53,238 bases of DNA, taken from positions 1 to 53,238 of the forward strand of contig JAFGVM010000001.1 in NCBI GenBank assembly GCA_016937995.1. Direction: 5' to 3'. Source of the DNA: Candidatus Delongbacteria bacterium. GTDB taxonomy: Bacteria > UBA4055. The notes under the pieces were generated by a model. It was not told the origin of the DNA, searched no databases, and worked only from the letters and a program-made list of their open reading frames with translations. This document shows, one piece after another, positions 17,497 through 26,514 of the stretch. A program made the translations under genes and the position numbers. Each line of letters begins with the position of its first letter. Position 1 is the first letter of the stretch.

Positions 17497-18390
17497 TCAG
17501 TTGATTACGACCCTTGAAATAATAACATCTTTCAACGGTTTATCTTTTTCACCTGTCTCAACATTTTCTATCTTATGAACAACATCCATTCCTTCAATCA
17601 CCATTCCAAAGACAGTATGTTTACCGTCTAGCCATGGAGTACCTTCTTTTTTTGTAACAATGAAAAATTGTGAACCGTTAGAATTTGGACCTGAATTTGC
17701 CATTGCGATAACACCGTATTTCACATTTGCCTTTAGTCGTTTCGGTATCAACCTTCCCTTATGACCCGTTTTTTCCAGATACCATTCTATCGGATAATCC
17801 TTTATTGGTTCTCCACTTTGAGCTTTATTACATCTTTCAAGAAGGTCCTGAATATCTTTGTCTCTGGTATCTTCATTTGTTCTCTGTAGATAAGGCATTA
17901 TCACTCTGTTGAATACTTCTCCAGCAATATAATCATTTTCAATCTCACCGGATGTCAGTTCTTCACCTACGTCAAAACATTCATCCTCGAACCTGTACCC
18001 AGGACCACCAGTACCGGTTCCTAATGGACATCCACCCTGGATCATAAAATCTTTTATTACTCTGTGAAATATTAGACCATCATAAAAAGGTCTGTTAACT
18101 TTCATACCTGATCGTGGATCTGTCCATTCCTTTTTGCCTGTTGCCAGACCAATAAAATTGGATACAGTCTTCGGAGCAATCTCCGGCCAAAGTTCTATTC
18201 TGATATTTCCGTAGTTTGTTTCTATCGTTGCAAAAGGATTTTTTTGATTCTGAGATTTTGCTTCATGATCCAGAGAAACTTCAGATGATTTATTAACTCC
18301 TTCTGAAGTGTCTGTTTTTTTTTGATCCTGTGAACAGCTTAAAAAAAGGATCAGCATCATTATTGTGAGTACTAAGTTTCTATTGAACAT
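17497..18390 (-). CDS. Cyclophilin-type PPIase, lipoprotein, with ~75-aa insertion
   Basis: Lipobox FLSC; cyclophilin motifs; same insertion as its neighbour. Confidence 0.93.
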   Translation of the reverse strand: MFNRNLVLTIMMLILFLSCSQDQKKTDTSEGVNKSSEVSLDHEAKSQNQKNPFATIETNYGNIRIELWPEIAPKTVSNFIGLATGKKEWTDPRSGMKVNRPFYDGLIFHRVIKDFMIQGGCPLGTGTGGPGYRFEDECFDVGEELTSGEIENDYIAGEVFNRVIMPYLQRTNEDTRDKDIQDLLERCNKAQSGEPIKDYPIEWYLEKTGHKGRLIPKRLKANVKYGVIAMANSGPNSNGSQFFIVTKKEGTPWLDGKHTVFGMVIEGMDVVHKIENVETGEKDKPLKDVIISRVVIN

Positions 18391-18405
18391 TTAGATCCCT
18401 GATTG

Positions 18406-19125
18406 TTAATTTACGATTTCCAGTAGTTCTACTTCAAATATCAGTACCGAGTTCGCAGGTATCTTACCTGTAGCTCTTTCACCATAACCGTATTTTGCAG
18501 GAATGTATAATACATACTTACTTCCTGGAGTCATAAGTCTGATACCTTCCTGCCAGCCTTTTATTACTTTTCCAAGTTTAAATTCAAGCGGTTCGCCTCT
18601 GTCATAAGAGCTGTCAAAAACCTCTCCGTTTATCAAAGTGCCTTTGTAGTGGACCTTAACTGTATTTACTGTCATAGGATGCTTGCCAGATCCCTCTCTT
18701 ATCACTTTATACTGAAGACCGGAAGGAGTTACTTTCACACCTTCTTTAGTTTTATTTTCTGCAAGAAATGCTTCACCGAGCTTTAGATTTTCCTCAGGAG
18801 ATATACCATCCACTGAAACACCATCATCTTCTTTCTTTTTAGCTACCATTTCCTTACCATCACTTTTTATTCTCATGATCTCTTCCTGGGAAAGAAGCAA
18901 AGGGTAATTATCAGCTTCATCTTTAAATCCCTGTAGAAATGGTTCAATTTTAAATTCAGGACTAGCAAGAAGTTTTCTCGCAAGATCTATTCCAAAAGTA
19001 TAGCTTGATTTATCTTCTTTCGTCTTTAGATCTTCCTTGTTCAATCTGCTCTTTTTTTGCTCTACACAGCTCATCAGTGCAATAACAATTGCCAATGCTA
19101 AAATTATCCGTAAGATCATTTTCAT
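18406..19125 (-). CDS. FKBP-type PPIase (FkpA/Mip-like) lipoprotein
   Basis: Lipobox LMSC; KSSYTFG; SGLQYKV; VKVHYKGTL...FDSS; VIKGWQEG; IPANSVLIFEVELL. Confidence 0.95.
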   Translation of the reverse strand: MKMILRIILALAIVIALMSCVEQKKSRLNKEDLKTKEDKSSYTFGIDLARKLLASPEFKIEPFLQGFKDEADNYPLLLSQEEIMRIKSDGKEMVAKKKEDDGVSVDGISPEENLKLGEAFLAENKTKEGVKVTPSGLQYKVIREGSGKHPMTVNTVKVHYKGTLINGEVFDSSYDRGEPLEFKLGKVIKGWQEGIRLMTPGSKYVLYIPAKYGYGERATGKIPANSVLIFEVELLEIVN

Positions 19126-19286
19126 ATTGGTGCTCCTTTAGGTTAATTTGTCAATTTATAGCTAACTCAATACTCTTTTCAACAAAGGAATGTAAATATA
19201 TAAATAATTTCTTAATATGACAAGTTTAATATATAGTCTGAATCAAGCAACTTTGTGCTTGGGAATTTCTTTATAATAATTTATTG

Positions 19287-19315
19287 TTGTAAATCTTTGC
19301 CGGCATTTATACATT
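19287..19315 (+). promoter_or_regulatory. Putative sigma70-type promoter
   Basis: TTGTAA-N17-TACATT. Confidence 0.45.
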
Positions 19316-19379
19316 TATTCGTAAAGACAGGACCATATCATGGATACAATTAAAAAAAATTCTTAATTGAGTCAGGAGT

Positions 19380-19488
19380 GAAGTTAGAAGTTAGAAGTTA
19401 GAGGTCAGAGGCGGGGGAAGGTTTCCACACCTTCCCGGAATCTTTAAAAAATAGATTGCCACGGATTTAAAAAATCCTCGCAATGACA
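19380..19488 (+). repeat. Composite intergenic repeat cassette
   Basis: (GAAGTTA)x3 GAGGTCA, then GCGGGGGAAGGTTTCCACACCTTCCC hairpin, then AGATTGCCACGGATTTAAAAAATCCTCGCAATGACA (19453-19488). Confidence 0.8.
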
Positions 19489-19509
19489 ATAAAACAAAGA
19501 GAAAATAAA

Positions 19510-20310
19510 ATGAATAAATATTACGATACAAATAAGAAGAACTGGAATGAAAGAGTCAACATCCACAAAAATTCAAAGTTCTATGATGTGGAAGGATTTT
19601 TGAAAGGTAAAAGTTCGCTTAAGTGCTTAGAGCTGACTGAGCTCGGTGATGTGAAAGATAAAAAGATACTTCACCTGCAGTGCCATTTTGGGATGGATTC
19701 AATATCTTTGAGCAGAATGGGGGCAGAAGTAACCGGTGCAGATTTTTCATCAAATGCTATTGAACTTGCGAGAGAGCTTGCAGAAAAGACAGGATCAAAC
19801 ACTAGATTTATATGCGCCAATGTGCTTGAACTGAATTGGGCATTGGACGGTAAGTTCGATATTGTCTATGCATCTTACGGTGTTTTCTGCTGGATCGATG
19901 ACCTGAACAGATGGTTTGAGATAGCTGCTCATTTTCTAAAGCCTGGTGGAGAATTGATCATTCTCGATGGACATCCAAGTAATAATCTTTATGAATACAA
20001 TGAGGACAAAGGCGAACTTGAGATTGTAGGCCCGTACTTTAATGACAAAGCACATCGTTATGAGGAACTCTACACCTATACAGACGGAGATGTGAAAATG
20101 GAGAATCATGTTGAATACGAATGGGCTCATCCGGTCAGTGAATTCATAATGGCAGCCGTTAAAAACGGACTAAAGATCACTTCTTTCAAAGAATCTCCCC
20201 TGTGTGGATGGGAAAGATTTCCGAATATGAAGAAAAAAGATGAAGAATACTGGATACTTGAAAGTAAGGATCTGCCTTTCATCTTTTCAATGAAATGTGT
20301 TAAGGAATAA
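19510..20310 (+). CDS. Class I SAM-dependent methyltransferase
   Basis: ILHLQCHFGMDSISL, VTGADFS, FDIVY, LKPGG. Start moved to 19510 because the 19483 ATG lies inside the repeat. Confidence 0.9.
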   Translation: MNKYYDTNKKNWNERVNIHKNSKFYDVEGFLKGKSSLKCLELTELGDVKDKKILHLQCHFGMDSISLSRMGAEVTGADFSSNAIELARELAEKTGSNTRFICANVLELNWALDGKFDIVYASYGVFCWIDDLNRWFEIAAHFLKPGGELIILDGHPSNNLYEYNEDKGELEIVGPYFNDKAHRYEELYTYTDGDVKMENHVEYEWAHPVSEFIMAAVKNGLKITSFKESPLCGWERFPNMKKKDEEYWILESKDLPFIFSMKCVKE

Positions 20311-20427
20311 CAGACATCCTCAATTTGTGTGTGACAAAAAACTAAGATACGATCAAAGCACTTCACACTATCATATTAATATTTTAAACTTCATATTATA
20401 CATTTCATAATGTTTTTTAATATTTCC

Positions 20428-20456
20428 TTGATAATATATTAATTTTTTATTACATT
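20428..20456 (+). promoter_or_regulatory. Putative sigma70-type promoter
   Basis: TTGATA-N17-TACATT upstream of AAGGAG RBS. Confidence 0.5.
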
Positions 20457-20495
20457 TCTTCATATCGTTAATAAAAATCAATTAAGGAGATTGTT

Positions 20496-21659
20496 ATGAA
20501 GAGAGTAATGTTTTTTACATTAGTATTATCAATTTTAACACTGATCAGTTGCGCTAAGAAAAAAAATTCTATAGAAAAGAATGAAGACGGAGTATCGATC
20601 TATAAGAACTCCACCTCACCATCCAATCCAAATTTTACTTACGAATTCATTGAAGATGGTACGATCCCTTTCTTTGAGGGAGAAAATAATGAAGAAAGAG
20701 ATTTTAAACAACCTACTGCAGTAATTGAAGATAAAGACGGCAACATTTTCGTTGCAGGAAGCAATGTAGCTAAGATATTCAAATTCTCACCAGATTATAA
20801 ATTTATTAATTCTTTCGGTGGAAAAGGATTAGGTCCGGGTGAATTTGAAGGAGGACCTTCATCTTTAACATATCACCGTGGGCAACTTCTTGCACCTTGC
20901 TGGAGAAACACTTCTACCAATGTTTATGATACCGATGGAAATTTCATAGAAAAAATACCTCCGGGAATAAATGCAGGATTCTCAGGTCAAATTTCTTTCA
21001 ATAATAGAATGCTTATGAATACTGAATCAAGAAAAGATGATGATAATGAGGCTATCGTAACTTCTTCAATAGTATTGATAGATACCAGTTTTAAGAGTAT
21101 TGATAAGATTATATACGAAAAAGATACAAGAACACTTTTGAGGACTTTCAGGGTCAGCGACATGTATGTCAGATTTGCAGCAGGTAAGGATATCTTTTAT
21201 GTCGGAGATGTCTCTGAGAATGCTTATAAGATCTTTGGATATGATAAGAATTTTACTAAAACTATGGAGATCAAAAAAAAGTACAGATCAGAAATAGAAG
21301 AAGATTCAATGGCAGTAGTATATTCTTTTAATCCTGATAATCTTGGTGGAAGTTTCGATAGAAAGTATAAAACAAATGCGAAAGATAGAACTCTTTACTA
21401 TAAATCAATAAATCATATGTTCGTTGATGAGAATGACAGACTCTGGGTAGTTTCCCCTACTAAAAACAAGAAAGATCAAAAAGGTCTTTATGTTGATATT
21501 TTTGAAAAAGGAATTTATCTGAACACAATTTATTTACCGTTCTATCAAAGTAAAGACTTCTCTTATGTTTATTCAGCTATGTTCTTGAGAAATGGAAAAC
21601 TATTCTATGTTGATCGCGACAATGCATGTATCAGGGTATATACATATCAAGACAAATAA
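20496..21659 (+). CDS. 6-bladed beta-propeller (NHL-like) lipoprotein
   Basis: Lipobox LISC; FGGKGLGPGEF; MFVDENDRLWV; YVDIFEKGIYLN. Confidence 0.85.
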   Translation: MKRVMFFTLVLSILTLISCAKKKNSIEKNEDGVSIYKNSTSPSNPNFTYEFIEDGTIPFFEGENNEERDFKQPTAVIEDKDGNIFVAGSNVAKIFKFSPDYKFINSFGGKGLGPGEFEGGPSSLTYHRGQLLAPCWRNTSTNVYDTDGNFIEKIPPGINAGFSGQISFNNRMLMNTESRKDDDNEAIVTSSIVLIDTSFKSIDKIIYEKDTRTLLRTFRVSDMYVRFAAGKDIFYVGDVSENAYKIFGYDKNFTKTMEIKKKYRSEIEEDSMAVVYSFNPDNLGGSFDRKYKTNAKDRTLYYKSINHMFVDENDRLWVVSPTKNKKDQKGLYVDIFEKGIYLNTIYLPFYQSKDFSYVYSAMFLRNGKLFYVDRDNACIRVYTYQDK

Positions 21660-21698
21660 TACTCTCATCTTATTTATCAAACAACTTCGAAAGCAATT

Positions 21699-21732
21699 AG
21701 GCTAAAAGAATTTAAAACTTTTAGCCTTTTTT
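21699..21732 (+). terminator. Intrinsic terminator
   Basis: AGGCTAAAAG...CTTTTAGCCT followed by a T-tract. Confidence 0.7.
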
Positions 21733-21814
21733 ATTATTGCATTCTGTTTCATATTGTTTTAAATATTTATAGTTTTTAACCATGCATTAAATCTTCAAAA
21801 TTAGGAGTTTCATT

Positions 21815-24800
21815 ATGAAAAACAACAGCTCTTTAAGATTTATTCCGATAATTTTATTAATTTCAACATTTATCTTTACCAAAAACATTTACTCAAAAAT
21901 AGAAATGGTTATTCAAAGTGAACATTCAGGTAGTATAAATTCTATCGCAATTGACAAGAATGATAAATTCTTATACTCAGCAAGTTTTAATGAGATCAAA
22001 ATATGGAATTACAAGACAGGTGGACTGGCAAAAACATTGAATGTTCTTACCGATCTATACTCAATGACTTTGCATCCAAATGGTAAATACCTAATAACTG
22101 GTAGTTATGGCAAATTGGAATACCGCGACATTAAAACTGGGAAACTTGTTAAGACATTAAGGAAAAGCGAGTTTATTTCAGACAAATTAAAAATTGACCC
22201 TTCTGGGAATTATCTAATTTCTATCGAGAATGAAAAGTTTATCAAAATTTGGGACCTGAAAACTGATCAATGTGCTAGAACAATAAACGGTGACAGACAT
22301 TTTGTTACTGATTATGTTTTTTCTCCTGATGGAAAATATATTTTAACGGTTGGTTTTAGTAATGATATAAATGTATTTGATCTGAAAACCGGAAAACTTG
22401 TAAAAGAAATCTATATCGGTGAAGAAGGTACCAATATAGAAAATGTTGCAATTGATAGTAAGGGCGAAACGATAGTTGCTTCTCAGTATCAAAGGATCTA
22501 CGTTATCGATTTTTATACAGGCAAACAAAAAATGATGATAACACAGTCTGAAAATATAAGTTCACTGGCAATAGATCCTGAAAACAAGTATATCTTAAGC
22601 CCAACTAAGGGAGGGATAATATTTTGGGATATTAGAAATGGGAATATTGCTCAGCAAAGTATAAATCCTTATGGGAAAAAATTTGTATTTAACAACGCAA
22701 AAACCGCTGTGATTACAGGTGTTGAGGGTACACATTTAAACGAAGTAAACCTGAATAATCCTAGTTCAACAAGAAATTTCGGTATTGATCCCGACTTTCA
22801 CAGAGTCACTTTTCTGCATACTGATGAAACAATCTTGATGACATGTGACGATTATGAAGTTTACTTCTGGGACATAGAATCCGGAGCTTTAATTGACCGT
22901 TTCGATCCCGAGCAAGTAAGTAGAGAAGGTGTTTTTCGTGGTGGATTACACAGCATTGCTTTAAGTGATGACAAAAAACAATTTCTCACAGCAGATAAAT
23001 CATCAATAAAAATCTGGAATTACAAGACAAAAAAGCTTATTAAAAAATTTAATGTGACAGACTACAAAAATGGCCACGGGCACGATGGTTGCGGTTATGT
23101 AATTGTCGATCCATTATTCAAATATGCAGTTACTTACGGTAAAGATATTATTCTATGGAATATTTTAACAGGAGAATTTATTACAAAAGTCTCAGACAGA
23201 TCTTATGGTTTCTTTTTAATTGATCCCACGAATAATTTTTTAGTTCATATGCGCTACGGTAATAATGTAGAGATAAGAAAATTAAACAATCTTGAACTTG
23301 TTACTTCTTTTAATCTTCCAAGAAGTGGATTTGCTTCAATGTCATTTGACTTTTCAGGTAAGTATCTTGTTTTTGAGACCGAGGGCAAGGCTTTTGATGT
23401 TTATAATTTTGAAGATAAAAAATGGGAAAAGGGTTCTGAATCATACTTAAAAGACCTAACCGGTTTTAAAACTTCACAAAATAAATATTACAAGAATAAA
23501 GGGTCAGTTTTCTGGAACATCTATTCGCAAAACAGTGCAATATTTGAAAAAGACCAGTTCGGATTATTAAGCAGATCAGGAAAATTGATCATTTCTTCAA
23601 ATCCTGATAAATCGTTACAGATTACAAACTCCTGTTCTCAAAAAAGTTTCAAACTTTTAAGTAGCAGCAATGACTGGGTTATGTTCAATGATGAAGGATA
23701 TTTTGATGCTTCAAGATATGGTGGTAAGTTGGTATCCATGTCTAATGAGAATCTTGAAGTATTTTCAATTGATCAGTTCGCAATAAAAAACAACAGACCA
23801 GACCTGATACTTAAATATATTGGCGTATCAGACAATTTGACCATAGAACACTTTAAACAGCAATATCAAAGAAGATTAAGAAAACTGGGACTTACTGAAG
23901 ATCAATTATCCTCTGATCTTCATGCTCCTGATGCAAAAATAAAAAATATAACAACTTCGTTCAATTTTTCAGAAATCTCATTCTCTTTAACTGATACAAA
24001 ATACGATTTGAATTCTTACAACATTTATGTTAATGATGTCCCTGTGTATGGATCTGATGGGAAAAAGATAGAAGGAAAGAGTATCGAACTATCGGAGAAT
24101 GTTGAGATCACTCAGGGAAATAACAAGATCGAGATTTCTTGTATGAATAGCAAAGGTGTAGAGAGTTATAGAGCTTATACTTATGCAGATTATAAAGAAC
24201 TAAAGAAATCAGCTCTTTATTTACTTTCGTTCGGGGTTTCTGATTATAAAGATAATGCTCTTGATCTAAAATATGCTGCAAAAGATGCAGAAGATATTTC
24301 TGAAGCTTTTTCTAAACTGAATTCAAAACAGTTCTCGAATGTTTATTCCCAAGTATTTACAAATAATGACGTAACTATAGATAATATCAAAAATGCTATG
24401 AGTTTTCAAATGCTTAATGCGCGACCAAACGATTTCTTCGTTTTATTCATTGCCGGTCATGGAATTCACGATAATGACCCCGAAAATACTTACTATTTCC
24501 TCACACACGAATCAGATTTGAACGATCTTAAAAATACAGCTGCGAATTTTGAATTAATTGAGGATATACTTGACGGGATTCCTCCTAGAAATAAACTATT
24601 CCTAATGGACACATGTGAATCAGGAGAGCTTGAGGATGGTGATATCAATGTGTATGCATCAGCTGATGGTTCCAGAGGATTAAAAAGTAGAGGAATAAAG
24701 ATTAATAATACCAATAACTTTAAATCGAAACCTTCAACAGATAGATACATTTACGAAAAGAACAGATATATCTATAACGACCTTGCTAGAAGGACCGGAG

Positions 24801-25057
24801 CGATAGTTTTCTCTTCTTCAAGAGGAGGAGAGCTCTCTTATGAAAGAGATGATATTCAGAACGGATTATTTACTGAAGAGTTAATAAATTGTCTTAAATC
24901 AAGTGATGCCGATACAGACAATGACGGAATTATCTCAACAGAGGAACTCAGGATATTCGTTGGCAAGAAGGTTGCTGAGCAATCCGGAGGACTGCAGCAT
25001 CCTACTATTGACAGAGATAATATTTACCAGAAATTTGGATTTAAGTCTTCAAAATAA
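21815..25057 (+). CDS. Exported WD40-repeat protein with C-terminal caspase-like (peptidase C14) domain
   Basis: N-terminal hydrophobic signal; many IKIW/WD, HPNG, DPSG, SPDG repeats; FIAGHG (His) and MDTCESG (Cys); NGLFT; DTDNDGIIS; QHP. Confidence 0.9.
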   Translation: MKNNSSLRFIPIILLISTFIFTKNIYSKIEMVIQSEHSGSINSIAIDKNDKFLYSASFNEIKIWNYKTGGLAKTLNVLTDLYSMTLHPNGKYLITGSYGKLEYRDIKTGKLVKTLRKSEFISDKLKIDPSGNYLISIENEKFIKIWDLKTDQCARTINGDRHFVTDYVFSPDGKYILTVGFSNDINVFDLKTGKLVKEIYIGEEGTNIENVAIDSKGETIVASQYQRIYVIDFYTGKQKMMITQSENISSLAIDPENKYILSPTKGGIIFWDIRNGNIAQQSINPYGKKFVFNNAKTAVITGVEGTHLNEVNLNNPSSTRNFGIDPDFHRVTFLHTDETILMTCDDYEVYFWDIESGALIDRFDPEQVSREGVFRGGLHSIALSDDKKQFLTADKSSIKIWNYKTKKLIKKFNVTDYKNGHGHDGCGYVIVDPLFKYAVTYGKDIILWNILTGEFITKVSDRSYGFFLIDPTNNFLVHMRYGNNVEIRKLNNLELVTSFNLPRSGFASMSFDFSGKYLVFETEGKAFDVYNFEDKKWEKGSESYLKDLTGFKTSQNKYYKNKGSVFWNIYSQNSAIFEKDQFGLLSRSGKLIISSNPDKSLQITNSCSQKSFKLLSSSNDWVMFNDEGYFDASRYGGKLVSMSNENLEVFSIDQFAIKNNRPDLILKYIGVSDNLTIEHFKQQYQRRLRKLGLTEDQLSSDLHAPDAKIKNITTSFNFSEISFSLTDTKYDLNSYNIYVNDVPVYGSDGKKIEGKSIELSENVEITQGNNKIEISCMNSKGVESYRAYTYADYKELKKSALYLLSFGVSDYKDNALDLKYAAKDAEDISEAFSKLNSKQFSNVYSQVFTNNDVTIDNIKNAMSFQMLNARPNDFFVLFIAGHGIHDNDPENTYYFLTHESDLNDLKNTAANFELIEDILDGIPPRNKLFLMDTCESGELEDGDINVYASADGSRGLKSRGIKINNTNNFKSKPSTDRYIYEKNRYIYNDLARRTGAIVFSSSRGGELSYERDDIQNGLFTEELINCLKSSDADTDNDGIISTEELRIFVGKKVAEQSGGLQHPTIDRDNIYQKFGFKSSK

Positions 25058-25167
25058 CTTTCTAATTAATATTACAAATTATGATTAATGTGATGGTCTA
25101 TAACTCTTATCGGCCATATATTGTTATAGTTAAAGCATTGACCGTAATTTCTGAAAGGAATTAAAGT

Positions 25168-26408
25168 ATGAAAACGAGATTCTATGCTATTACATCTTTG
25201 TATTTTATAGCAACAGGTCTATTTTTATTTTTAATACACGATGCATATAACTCTGAATTAAATACTTACCTGAATAAAAAGACTAATGATCTTCAAATAG
25301 CCTATGATAAAGTTGTTGAAACTTACAGTATTTCCGCAAAATTACTTTTCGACCTTGAAATAGATAACCCTGAGATCATGTCTTTAATATCTCAAACTAA
25401 AAATGCAGATAGTACCGGATTGACAATAATAAGAGAAGAATTATATAATAAACTATCACATACTTACAGGGATATGAGTAAGTATAACTACAGGCAACTA
25501 CATTTTCACTTAAGCGATAATACAAGCTTATTGAGATTCCACCGGCCTGAAAAATTTGGTGATGATCTATCTATTTTTAGAAGTACAGCAAGGAACACTA
25601 ACAAATATCAGACTTATTCACAAGGTTTTGAAGAAGGTGCAACATTGAGTGCTTTCAGATACGTTTTCCCTTTGCTGTACAAAAACGAGCATTACGGTTC
25701 GGTCGAACTGAGTGTTTCATACCTTGGGATAATCTCGAAAATTGAAGAAAATAAAGATATTGCATGCAGTTTCATGATATCAAGAGAAGTCATTAACTCA
25801 AAGATTTATAAATCTGAAAAAAATAATTATTTAACATGCAACGCAAATAAAGATTTCTATGTTGAAAAAGAGGGCCATGACAAGATCATCAAGAAACAGA
25901 TCAATGGAATAGAATACCCAAAAATATTCAAAATATTTTATCAAAATGCTGAAGCATAGGAAATATTCAACTCATTTAAATCGGGAACTCTTATTATATC
26001 TGTTGATGATAAAGATTTTACCGTTACTTTACTTAGGATACTCAATTTTGACAACCATCCTGTTGCTTATATTACCGCTATTGAGAAGGATGAATTCGGG
26101 AATAAGTTACTCCTAACATATACCTTGTACGGTGTCATCAGTTATCTTATAATCATTCTCTTTCTTACACTGCTACTAATCACTTTTTTGAAGAATAGGG
26201 AGCTTGAAAAGGCAAAGGAAAAGATCAAAGTATTAGACGGCCTGTTACCTATATGTTCTCATTGTAAAAGATAAGAGCTGACAATGGAGAATGGGAGCAG
26301 ATAGAAGCTTATATCGATAAGAAATCTGAAGCCAAATTCAGTCATTCAGTCTGTCCTGAATGCGCTAAAGAACATTACGGCTCTTACCTTGACAGCAGAA
26401 ATAATTGA
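25168..26408 (+). pseudogene. dCache-type membrane sensor with C-terminal CxxC...CPxC domain, interrupted by an in-frame TAG and a frameshift
   Basis: QLHFH...LRFHRPEKFGDDLS...GFEEG. The frame stays open past TAG 25957-25959 through a second TM helix to LLPICSHCK; a shifted frame from ~26271 gives IRADNGEWEQIEAYI...FSHSVCPEC, ending TGA at 26408. Confidence 0.85.
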
Positions 26409-26514
26409 CCATAAAGCTCTATACAACTTCCAATTTTTCAACTTGCAATTATCAAGTAAAATTTGCATTTTTCATTCTTAATTCATTTAAGAACATAACA
26501 AACCCGGAGTTTAA

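Noticed and set aside
19140-19480. tRNA, riboswitch or other ncRNA in the larger intergenic gaps
   Set aside because: No cloverleaf, T-loop or recognisable aptamer by eye; a covariance-model search was not possible.
20329-20368. GTGTGA...TCACAC as a CRP-like site
   Set aside because: The half-sites are 28 nt apart, not 6.
21815-25057. Gasdermin/caspase-type anti-phage system
   Set aside because: No gasdermin, NLR-like or cyclase neighbour, and the protein appears to be exported.
25957-25959. Amber recoding (pyrrolysine or alternative genetic code)
   Set aside because: TAG ends conserved genes normally in this window (gntR, lpxA, cyclophilin), and the same gene also has a frameshift.
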